DNA from: Mobula birostris
Lineage: Eukaryota
Assembly (NCBI RefSeq): GCF_030028105.1
Contig: NC_092382.1
Coordinates: forward strand, 27,631,792 to 27,695,791
Reading direction: 5' to 3'
Length of the DNA stretch: 64,000 nt
The position numbers were made by a program, and so were the translations under genes. Below, piece by piece: positions 39,686-50,867 of this stretch. The notes under the pieces are model-generated. The model was not told the DNA's origin. It worked only from the letters and a program-made list of their open reading frames with translations, and did not search any database. The stretch's first letter is position 1. The number at the start of each line of letters is the position of its first letter.

Positions 39686-40890
39686 ATGTCTCACCAGCGA
39701 GTTCACACTGGGGAGTGGACGTTCACCTGCTCAGACTCTGGGAAGGGATTCACTCAGTCATCCCACCTACGGAGACACCAGCAAGTTCACACTGGGAAGA
39801 AGCCGTTTACCTGCTCAGAATGTGGGAAGAGATTCGCTCGGTCATCGCACCTACAGAGTCATCAGCGAGTTCACACTGGGGAGAAGCCATTCACCTGCTC
39901 CGAATGTGGGAAAGGATTCACTCAGTCATCCCACCTACTGGCACACCAGTCAGTTCACACAGGAGATTGGCCATTCACCTGCTCAGACTGTGGGAAGGGA
40001 TTCACTCATTCATCCGAACTACAGAGACATCAACAAGTTCACACTGGGGAGAAGCCGTTCTCTTGTTCAGAATGTGGGAACAGATACACTCAGTCATCCA
40101 ACCTACAGAGACATCAGCGAGTTCACACGGGGCTGTTCACCTGCTCAGAATGTGGGAAGAGGTTCACTCCGTCATCTCACCTACAGAGTCATCAGCGAGT
40201 TCACACTGGGGAGAGGCCATTCACCTGCTCCGAATGTGGGAAAGGATTCACTCAGTCATCCCACCTACAGAGTCATCAGCGAGTTCACACCAGGGTGAAG
40301 CCATTCACCTGCTCTGTCTGTGGGAAGAGATTCACTCAGTTATCCCACCTACAGAGACATCAGCGTGTTCACAGTAGGGAGAAGCCATTCACCTGCTCAG
40401 TCTGTGGGAAAGGATTCACTCAGTTATCCAACCTACCGAGACATCAATGAGTTCACACTAGGGAGAAGCCGTTCAACTGCTCAGTCTGTGGGAAGAGATT
40501 CACTCAGTTATCCTCCCTACAGAGTCATCAGCGAGTTCACACTGGGGAGAAGCCGTTCACCTGCTCCAAATGTGGGAAAGGATTCACTCAGTCATCCAAC
40601 CTACAGAGACATCAACGAGTTCACACTAGGGAGAAGCCGTTCAACTGCTCAGAATGTGAGAAAGGATTCACTCAGTCATCCACCCTACTGGTACATCAGC
40701 AAGTTCACACAGGAGAGAGGCCATTCACCTGCTCAGACTGTGGGAAGGGATTCACTCAGTCATCCAACCTGCAGAGACATCAGCAAGATCACACTGGGGC
40801 AAAGCTGTTCAACTGCTCAGAATGTGGGAAAGGATTCATTCAGTCATCCCAACTACTGGCACACCAGTCAGTTCACACTGGGGAGTGGCC
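39686..40890 (+). pseudogene. Tandem C2H2 zinc-finger gene C: 14 finger units, premature TGA at 40448-40450 in finger 9 (truncated 254-aa CDS or pseudogene)
   Basis: Five further in-frame fingers follow the stop; finger 1 has Cys>Ser; 9-nt linker deletion (HTGL); an LTR cuts the array at 40893. Confidence 0.8.
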
Positions 40891-40892
40891 GT

Positions 40893-40932
40893 TGTTATGA
40901 ATCCCTAGGTTTCATTTTCTGTGGACTGTCAT

Positions 40933-40978
<46 letters not shown>

Positions 40979-42276
40979 AGAAGGTGAATCAGTCTGACTT
41001 TCAGCTTGTTTACATCGCTCACAGCTTGTTTAGTTTTATCCGAGGACACAGACACTCAGAGTCAGATGGAGATGAAGGAGGATAAATGGAAAGATCGAAA
41101 CAAGGGAACTAGTGGCCAAGGGTCACTGTTTCGAACTTTCCTCTGCCCACAAGGCTGGGTTAATCATCGATTCAGCGAATGTGTGGTTGTCACCTCATTT
41201 GATCCACAGGAGTGGATCGAATTTGGGGTATCCTGTGAAGACCACTTATGTGTTAACCCTTGCCTGGGTGTGGTGTGGAAATTCACTTGAAGACAATACT
41301 CCTTGTGACAAGTCACTTTTGGTGATAATTTGTATGTGGATTTGGAACGATGACGGATAAAATCTACAGCGACTGTTCTCTCGTTTTACTACCATGGATG
41401 CTGTGGAATTCAACGTTATTGCCTTCTCTCGACATTTACCCTGGATTACAAATATCTCTCTCTCCTCAACTATTCTGTGGTTGAACTGAACTTTCATAGT
41501 TCACCATCTCAAGACTCCAAGCCTTGTTTCCCCTGAGCTCAATAGTTTGGGAGTTACATTTACACACAACACTTAACTTTTTTTTATTTTGCTTAAATTA
41601 CTATATTGTTAGTAGATACTAATAAAGATAGTGGATTTAACGTCAAAAACAGACTCCAGGTGCAGTCTATTGCTGCTGACTCATTTCTAAAGTGTTATGG
41701 TTCATAACAAAATTTGGGCCTGCATCCTGGATAGGAACAGATTTGGAGGCGTATTGATTAATTACCGATTTCACTGGGGAAATCCCTTTTGATTTATTTG
41801 TGTGTGGAAAATCAGCAGCAATGGATGTTGATGAATGTCTGGAAGCATCAACCTTTGAGGCACTAAAAGACACCAGAAGGATTGAGTTGTTGAGTATTGC
41901 TAAAAGGTTAAAATTTGCTAAGGTGAAATTGACAATGAGGAGGTCACAGATGCAGAGGATAATAGCTGAACATTATGTATCTGAGGGTGTGGTTAAAGTG
42001 GAGGAGTTCGAGGTGTTTCCTGAAAGTAAACCTAGTGAGCTTGGGCTCCCGTACAAGTTAGCAAAATTAAAGATGGAGGCTGTGAAAAGGCAGAGGCAGT
42101 TTGAGGCTGGACAGGCAAGAAAACAGAGAGAAGAGGCAGAAAAACAGGGAGGAAGCAGAAAGGTAGAGGATGTTTGAGCTGGAAAAGATAGAGAGATTGC
42201 AGCAAAGGGGTCTAGCGTAAGACTCTGGTGATAAGTTTGAGGCCAGTCGGGAAGTTAAATTGGTACATCCATTTGA
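40893..42276 (+). mobile_element. Gmr1-type Gypsy 5' end: 817-bp LTR (40893-41709), decayed PBS, gag N-terminus
   Basis: Perfect 9-bp TIR TGTTATGAA/TTCATAACA; PBS-Pro-like TGGGCCTGCATCCTGGAT; gag MDVDE..LLSIAKRL..coiled coil..SREVKLVHPF. Confidence 0.75.
40936..40975 (+). repeat. (GA)20 microsatellite within the LTR
   Basis: Direct observation. Confidence 0.95.
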
Positions 42277-42919
42277 CTTTGTCCAATTCCGGCACATTTT
42301 TCCTGAGCTGAGTCCCTACATTGCTCATAATAGTCCGTGTAGTTTAACCATTGCCTGAAAACATCTCAACAATATATCCTTATGGATAGACCTCTCGTAA
42401 TGAATGGTAGCATCATATTTACATAACTAATGGTGAATGGCCAGGGTGAAGAGTAGAAGGAAAGGCTATGGGCAGTTTTTTTTAAACTGGAAGAAGAAAT
42501 TGATATTCATGCCTTCAGGTTGGAGCTATGCAGGTGGAATATTATGTGTTTCTCTTCAACCCTGAGGCTGTCAAGTTGAGCAACTCCAGCCATTACTATT
42601 CTGCCATCATCCATGCTAGTGTCCCCTTCCAATCAACTTTGGTGAGCTCTTCTCCCATGCCTCCGTAGTTCCCCCCACTCCACTAATAATGATGCATCTT
42701 TTTGTACCTTTCCCCTCTCAAAGTGCAGAGTGAATTCTAACACATTATGATCACCAAGTCCACGTTTCCTTTACCATAAGCTTCATAATCAAATCTGGTT
42801 GATTACACAACACCCAATCCAAAATTAACTTTTCCCTAATGGGCACAATTACAAGCTGTTCAAAAAGGCATTCCATTGGTATTTTCCAAATTCCCTCTCT
42901 TGAGATCAAACACCAGCCT

Positions 42920-43310
42920 GATTTTAATAACCAACCTCCACCCATCCCACTCATGGACTGTTTGTCCCACTCCCATCTGGGTAGACTATGCAGCATCCTC
43001 ACCAGGACTACCAGCCTCTGGGACAGCTAATTTTCCCAAGCAGTAAGGCTGATAAATATCTCTACCCAACTTACCCACCCATTCCACACCACCAAACACC
43101 TCTACTTTATCATTTCCTGTCTGTCATCTTATTTGCAGACATCCTCTGCTGAGTGTCAATTTATAGACATCCAATCAATCAGTGCACAGTATATAAGCTA
43201 TGGTTATACGTTTTTACTGTTGTGTTGTTGTATTGCATTGGAGCCGGAGTAATAATTATTTCAATCTCGTTTACATGTGTCTGCTGGAAATGGAATTAAA
43301 CAATCTTGAA
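42920..43310 (+). mobile_element. Old Rex-type LINE 3' end
   Basis: HPTHGLFVPLPSG..; FPQAVRL relic; AT-rich tail. Confidence 0.6.
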
Positions 43311-43365
43311 TAAACATTTCAGCAGTCTGCGGCGTCACATTTCTGTCTCTCAGTGTTACTGCGGC

Positions 43366-43443
43366 AGAGCGCCACCCGGTGACAATGGAGTCCACAAATC
43401 AGGGGCTCCTGTTATTGTGGCAAATCACCACCGGGTGGCAGTG
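43366..43443. promoter_or_regulatory. Pair of divergently oriented CTCF-like motifs
   Basis: AGCGCCACCCGGTGAC (reverse) and CCACCGGGTGGCAGTG (forward), each 1-2 mismatches from CCASYAGRKGGCRS. Confidence 0.5.
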
Positions 43444-43534
43444 TTGTCCACAAAAGGGAGAGGTTTGCAGCGATATGGAGGGGTGTAGGGGGCTGGAAGC
43501 CAACTCTGCAAGTGGATGAAGTGCCAGTCCTGCC

Positions 43535-44230
43535 CCAAACCACCCTCCCCACCACCAGTCAGGGTCCCAAACAGTCCTTCCACATGAGGCAACTTTTCAA
43601 CATCGTGCCTGTTGGGGTCATCTCATGTTTCCAGTTTTCCAGGTGTGGCCTCCTCGACATTAGTGAGACCCGATGTAGTCTCTGCATTCTGCACTCTGTC
43701 CCGATGAGATTCTGCAGATATTGGAGATGCAGAGTAACATACATAAAATGTTGGAGGAAGTCAGGAGGTCAGATAGCTTCTATAGAGGGGGATAAATCAA
43801 AACAGAGATTTCCTGCCGAGACCCTTCATCAGGACTGGAAGTGGGGAGAAGCTGGAACAAGATGGTGCGGGGAGTGGAAAGAGTCCAAGCTGGTAGATGA
43901 TAGGTGAAGTCAGATAAGAGTGAAGGTGAGTGGGTGGGGAAGTGGGCGATGATGTGAGATGGTGGGAGGTGGAAAATGCAAAGGACTGAAAAGAAGGAAT
44001 CTGATAGGATAGAAGAGTGGAGCATGGGGAAAAAAGGAAGTAAAAGAAGAACCGGGGGAGATGATCCACAGTGGAGAAGAGAGAAGTGGGGAGACAGAAT
44101 GGAGGAGATGGGCGTGTGTGTTGATGAAAGGAAAAGGAAGAGGTAGAAGTTAAAGATGTTGATGTTCATGCCATCGGGTTGTAAACTACCCGGATGTAAT
44201 ATGAGGTGTTGCTCCTTTAACCTGAGAGTG
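43535..44230. mobile_element. Penelope-like element remnant: GIY-YIG relic (plus, 43535-43700) facing an inverted C-terminus and terminal repeat (minus, 43706-44230)
   Basis: QGPKQSF..GVISC...CGLLDISETR (decayed VIY...YIGET); EQHLIL..GSLQPDGMNI; CTGATGAAGGGTCTCGG. Confidence 0.75.
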
Positions 44231-44259
44231 GACTCATCGAGTTAATTAAACGATGAACC

Positions 44260-46528
44260 AGAAGGGAGAGTGGATTAATAATCTTCCCCTGACATCCCTA
44301 TTAAATCAATCCTCTCTCACCTTGAACCGGTGCCGTCTGGTTGTTAATTCCACAAAAGTGGGGAAAAGGACGGTGCACGTTCCCCAGTTCTGTACACTCA
44401 GGGTTTGGGACACCTGCATCATGTCAGCCTCAATCTCCTGCACTTCAAGGTGTGAAGTCCCAACCTGCCCAGCCTCTCTCCAGAACTCAGTCCCTCGAGT
44501 ACCGGCACCATTCTCGTAAATCTCCTCTGCACTCACTCCAGCTTGACGTCCTCTCTCCTACAACAGAACGACCAAAACTGAATACAATAGTCCAGGCGCG
44601 GATACCCTAACAATACCCTAACCCTAATGCAACCTCACTAGACTCTTCTTCAGAACATGAGCCACGAGATGTGAGACAGAGGCTGCTCAGCCAATCGAGT
44701 CTGCCCCACCATTCCTTCATGTCCAATTCATTATCCCTCTCAACTCCATTCTCCTGCCTTCTCCCCTTAATCCTTGAACACCCATTTAAAATACACTCAC
44801 TGACTTGGCCTCTGCCGATGAATTCTGTGGCAATGAATTCCAAAGATTAACCACTCTCTGACAACAGAAATTCTCTACTGTCAGTGGATGCTCAATACAT
44901 TGAGGCCGTGGCCTCTGGTCCCAGACTCACACAGCGTAGGGTGCATCTTCTTCATAGCCACTCTGTCCAGGCCTTTCAATATTTGATAGGTTTCAATGAG
45001 ATCCCCTCTCTTTGGTCTAGACCAGTGAGTACAGGGTCAAAGCCGTCTAATGCTCCTCATACGTTAACCCTGTCATTCCTGGAATCATTCTTGTGAACCT
45101 TCTCCGGACGCGCTCCAATACGAGCACATCTTTTTCTCAGACAGGAGGTCGGAAACTGGTCACAATACACCAAGAGCGAACTGACCGATGTGTTATAAAG
45201 CTACAGTGTCACATCCTTGCTCTTATATGCGAACATTACAGCTGTCATCCTTAATCAACTCAATCTGCAAGCAAACCTTCAGGGGCTCCTGCTCACCGAC
45301 TCCCAAGTACCTATTTCTGATTTTTGTATTTTCTCCCATTTATTTTTTTTCTCTCTGTCTTTATTCTTTCTACCAATTGTACATGTCCGTACACTTGCAT
45401 ACACTGTATTTCATCTGCTACTTCATTGTCTGTTCTCCAAACCTATCAAAGTCCTTCTGCAGACTCCGGCTCTGCTCTAAACTACCTGTCCCGTACCTAT
45501 CTTTGTATCAACTGCAAAGTTCATCACCCAGGTATCAATTCAGTCATCCATATCATTCAGATTTAATATGAAAAGATGTGGTCTCAATACTGACCCCTAC
45601 GGAACACCATTAGTTACTGACAGCAAAACAGAATTGTCCACATTATTCTGACTCTTTCTCCCTTGTCAGTCAGGCAATCTTCAACCCATACAAGTATCTT
45701 TCCTGTAATTCCATGAGCTGTGATCTTGTTCAGCAGCCTCACGTGCAGCCCCTTAGAAACATAGAAAACCTACAACACAATACAGGCCCTTCAGCCCACA
45801 AAGCTCAGCTGAACATGTTCTTACCCTAGAACTACCTAGGCTTACCTATCGTCCTCCAGATTTCTAAGCCCCATGTACCTATCCAGGAGACTTTTAAAAG
45901 ACCCTATTGTTTCCAACTCAACCACCACCGCTGGCAGCCCATTCCACGCACTCACTACTCACTGCATAAAAAACTTACCCCTGATATCTCCTCTGTACCT
46001 ACTCCCAAGCACCTTAAAACTGTGCCCTCTCGTATTAGCCATTTCAGCCCTGGAAAAAGCCTCTGACTATCTACACAATCAATGCCTCTCATCATCTTAT
46101 ACACCTCTATCAGGTCACCTCTCGTCCTCAGTCACTCCAAGGAGAAAAGGCCGAGTTCACTCAACCTATTCTCATAAGGCATGCTCCCCAATCCAGGCAA
46201 CATCCTTGTATATCCACTGTGCACCCTGTCCATGGTTTCCACATCCTTCCAGTAGTGAGGCAACCTGAATTTAGCAAATTATTCCAACTGGGGTCTGACC
46301 AGGGTCCTATATATCTGCAACATTACTTCTCGGCTCTTAAACTCAGTCCCACAGGAGGCCAATGCACACTATGCCTTAACCACAGAGTCAACCTGCGTAG
46401 CAGCTTTGACTGTCCTATGGACTCGGACTCCAAGATCCCTCTTATCCTCCTCACTGCTAAGAGTCTTACCATTAATGCTATATTCTGCCGTCATATTTGA
46501 CCTACCAAAATGAACCACCTCACACTTA
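44260..46528 (-). mobile_element. Stacked degenerate CR1 3' fragments
   Basis: TRRHRFKV, KCEVVHFGRSN and RDLGVRVH relics; CR1 3' tails. Confidence 0.75.
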
Positions 46529-46950
46529 CAACAGGAATTCTGCAGATGCTGGAAATTCAAGCAACACACATCAAAGTTGCTGGTGAATGCAGCAGGCCAG
46601 GCAGCATCTCTAGGAAGAGGTACGGTTGACCTTTCAGGCCAAGACCCTTCATCAGGACTAACTGAAGGAAGAGTTAGTAAGACATTTCAAAGTGGGAGGG
46701 GGAGGGGGAGATCCAAAATGTAGGAGAAGACAGGAGGGGGAGGGATGGAGCCAAGAACTGGACAGGTGAGTGGCAAGGTGGATATGAGAGGATCATGGGA
46801 CAGGAGGCCCAGGGAGAAGGAAAAGGGGGAGGGGCGGAAAACCAGAGGATGGGCAAGGGGTATAGTCAGAGGGACAGAGGGAGAAGAAGCAGAGTGAGAG
46901 AAAGAATGTGTGTATAAAAATAAATAATGGATGGGGTACGAGGAGGAGGT
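46527..46950 (-). mobile_element. Penelope-like terminal repeat with mutated hammerhead (46623-46660)
   Basis: Minus AGTC-CTGATGA-AGGGTCTTGGCCT-GAAAG-GTC-AACC; closely similar to 53739-54150. Confidence 0.85.
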
Positions 46951-47199
46951 GGAAGTTGTTGGAACTCGGCAATTAATGCTTTGGCACAGACTAGATTGGG
47001 CGAATGGTATTTTCCTGTATTGTGGTGTTCTATGACTCTAATGCCTTCACAATCTCTTCAGCTACCTCTTTCTGAACCCTGGGGTGTTCACCTTCTGGTC
47101 CAGGAGTCCTATCTACCTTCAGGCCTTTCAGCTTCCAAAACACCTTCTCTCCTTGGTAAAAGCATGTATCCTCACTTCTGCCCCAGATACTCCTGAATG

Positions 47200-50100
47200 T
47201 AATAAATTTAAAGACACAATTATAGTAGGGAACTTCAATCTGCAGGAGGATTGAGAAAGTCAGATTGGTGTGAGATCGCAAGAGAGGGAATGTATTGAAT
47301 GCTTATGAAATGACTTTTTAGAGCAGCTGATGTTTGAGTCTACTCGGGGAACTGCTACCTTAGATTGGGTGTCGTGTGACAACCCAGATCTTATTAGGGA
47401 GGTTAATGTAAAGGAACCATTAGAAGGCAGTGATCATAATATGATTGAATTCCTCCTGCAATTTGTGAGGGAGAAGCATAGGTCAGATGCGTAGAATCGC
47501 AATAGAATAAAGGGAATTGAATTGAATTGAATGATATTTATTGTCATTATACATGGGTACAATGAAACTCTGTTTGGCTTCCTCTCAGGCAATTAAATAA
47601 GCAGTAGATAAAAACAAGACAGTAATAGAAAAACAATATTAAATAGATAAGTAACAGAAAATAAATTACACCAGCACCAGAATGTCACAGTAATGCACAA
47701 GAATGTGTGCATGTGTGTGCTCACAGTTTCAGTCATTGTTCTGTGGGAGTGGTGTGATGGAGGCCACTGCTCTGGGATAGAAGCTGTTCCTCAGTCTGTT
47801 TGTTCTGGCTTTTAGTGTCCTGAACCTTTTGCAGGACGGCAGCAGGTCAAACAGGCAGTGGCTGGGGTGTGTGGTGTCTCTGGTTATGCTGATTGCTTTC
47901 CTCCTGAGTCTGCTGGAATAGATGGTGTCCAGTCCCGGGAGCTCCATCCTGACAATCCGCTGGGCCGCCTTCTCCACGCGATGCAGGTCCCGTTGCTCAG
48001 TGACTGAGGAGCCGGCATACCACACGGTGGCGCTGCTGGTCAGGATGGTTTCAATTGTGCTTCTGCAGAAGTTAAGCGACAGCTTTTGTGGGAGTTTGGC
48101 CTGTTTCAGCTTTCTGAGGAAGAAGAGTCTTTGTTGTGCCTTATTAACAGGCAGCGAGGTGTTGGTGGTCCGTGTCAGCTGTTTTGACAACATAACTCCA
48201 AGGAACTTTAGGTTTTCCACATTTTCCACTACCTCTCCATGTATATGGAAGGGGGGGGGTGTATTCTGTCCTTTGATCTCCTGATCTCCTGATTACAGAG
48301 GCATGAGAGAGGCGATTCCCCAGGTGGATTGGAGAAGGATCCTGGTGGGGATGATGCCAGAGCAGAAGTGGCTGATGTTTCTGAGAATGGTTCATAATGT
48401 ACTGGATATGTCCTGTGGAATTAGTTCTCAAACAGCGGGGCTAGGCTACCGTGGCTGACAAAAGAAGTTAAGGACGGTATGAAAGTCAAGGAAAGTGCAC
48501 ATAAGGTAGCAAAAGTGAGTAGCAAGTTTGATAATTGGGTAGCTTTTAAAATCCAACAACAGGAAACCAAGAAAAAAGCTCTATGAAGGGGAAAGGTGAA
48601 ATATGAGAGCAAACTAGACAATAATATAAACCATGATAAAAAACGTGTTTATATTGGACCACTGGAAAATGATGCTGATGGGGTGGAAATGGGGACGAGA
48701 TGGTAGATGAACTTGATGGGACTTTGCATCGTCTTCTCTGTGGAAGACACTAGCAGTGTGCCAGAGATCCGTGAGTGTCAGGGAGCAGGAGTGAGTGCCA
48801 TTGCTATTACAAAGTAAAACGTGCTAGGTTCCCAGGTTGTTAAAGTGGATCAGTCACCTGGACCAGATGGACTACATCCCAGAGTCCTGAGAAAGGTTGC
48901 TGAAGAGATAACAGATGCATTGCTCATGACCTGTCAAGAATCACTTGATTCTGGCATGGTCCCGGAGCACAGGAAGATTGCAAATATCAATTCACTCTTT
49001 GAGAAGGGAGGAAGGCAAAAGAAAGAAAATTATAGTCCGGTTAGCCTCACCTCAGTGCTGGGAAAGCGTTTGCATCTATTGTAACAGATGAGGTTTTGGG
49101 GTACTAGGAGACTAATGATAAAATCAGTCAAAGCCAGCACAGCTTCTGCACAGAGAAACCTTGCCTGGCAAATCTGTTAGAGTTCTTCGAAGAAGTCATA
49201 AGCAGAATGGACAAACGAGAGGCAGTGTACATCTTTTACCTGGATTTTCAGAAGGCATCTGATAAGGTGTCACACATGAGACCGCATAACAGGATAAACT
49301 TCAGAAGAAATACTGGCATGGATAGAGGAATGGCGGAAAGCCAAGAGGCAGCGAGTGGGAATAAAAAGAGCCTTTCCTAGTTGGCTAGCAGTGACTCATG
49401 GTCTTCAGGGATCAGTAATCGGTCTGCTACTTTTCACATTGTTTGTCAATGATTTGGATAATGGAATTGATGGCTTTGTGGCAAGGTTTGCGGATGATAC
49501 AAAGATAGGTGGAGGCGTTGGTAGTGCTGAGGAAGCAATGTGATTGCAGCAGGATAAAGACAAATTTGTAGAATGGGCAAAAAAAGTGGCAGATGGAATG
49601 CAATATTGGGAGATGTACGATAATGCATTTTGGCAAAAGGAACAACAGTGAACTATTATCTGATTGGGGAGAAGGTTCAAACAACAGAAGTACAGAAGGA
49701 AATATGAGCCCTCGGGCAAGACTCCCAGAAGGTTAATTTACAGGTTGAGTCTGTGGTAAAGGAGGCAAACGCAATGCTGGCATTTATTTAAAGTGAAGTA
49801 GAATATACAAGCAGGAAGGTAATGCTGATACTTAAAACACTACTTAGGCCGCACTTAGGCTACTGGGGACCCATATCTCAGAAAAGGTGTGTTGTCATTG
49901 GAGAGAGTACAGAGGATGTTCAAGAAGATGATTCCGGGAATGAAGGGGTTAAGGTATGAGGAGTGTTTGCCAGCCTTGGTCCTGTACTCCTGCACTGACC
50001 TATGTTTAATAAACGCGGGTGGGGAGGGGGTGTTAAATCTCACTGAAACCCACCGAATGTGGAAAGGTCTCGATGGGGTGGATGAGGAGAGGACTTTTTG

Positions 50101-50420
50101 TATGGTGGGGGTAGCCATAACAGAGGGCACAGCCTCAAAACTGAGGAGCGACCTTTTAGAATAATTAAGGAGGATTTTATTCAGTCAGAGAGCAGTGAAT
50201 CTGTGGAATTCTCTGACACAGACGGCGGTGGGGGCCAACTCTGTGGGTAAATTTCAGGCAGAAGCTAATAGTTTGCTGATCAGTCAGGGCATTACAGGAT
50301 GTGCCGAGGAGGCAGGTGCATGGGGTTGAGTGAGAACCGGGATCAGCCATGATAGAACGGCGGAGCAGACTCGATGGGGCTGAATGGCCTAATTCTGCTC
50401 CTATGTCTTATTGTCTTATA
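47200..50420 (+). mobile_element. Degenerate CR1 ORF2 (EN to 3' tail), interrupted by a Rex insertion
   Basis: GSDHNMIEF, SPGPDGLHPRVL, YSPVSLTSV, RFADDTK. Confidence 0.85.
47516..48290 (-). mobile_element. Rex/Babar LINE 3' fragment
   Basis: ORF 47729-48229: KAQQRLFFLRKLK, TIETILT..TVWY, HPSHCLFDLLPS, RLRNSFYPRAV; (CAATT)n tail. Confidence 0.9.
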
Positions 50421-50829
50421 CTGTCTTACACAGTGAAGATTGACACAAAACACTTATCACATTCAACCGCTGTTTCTTTGCTCGATTACAAAATCGACAG
50501 CATCATCTTCCAGCGGTACAATATGAATTCTTGCCTCTCTTTTACTCTTTATATATCTGAACAACTTTTGATACTTGATATTATTGGCTCACTTACCTTA
50601 ATGTTTCACCTTGTCTCCCCTGTGTGTTTTTTTTAGTTGTCTCCTGTTGGGTATGTAAAAGCTTTTCAATCCTCTAACTTCCCACCATTTTCTTGCTTTA
50701 TTATATGACCCCACTTTTGTTTTTATGAAAAATAGGAGAAAATCTGTGGATGCTGGAAATCCAAGCAACACATAGACAAAATGCTAGAGGAACCTAGGAG
50801 GCCAGGCAGCATATATGGTAAATAGTAAA

Positions 50830-50867
50830 CAGTCGACGTTTCGAGCCGAGACCCTTCATCAGGACTG
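50830..50867 (-). ncRNA. Minimal type I hammerhead ribozyme motif in a PLE terminal repeat (50730-50970)
   Basis: CAGTC-CTGATGA-A-GGG-TCTCGG-CTC-GAAAC-GTC-GACTG: 5-bp stem I, intact core, GUC cleavage triplet. Confidence 0.7.
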
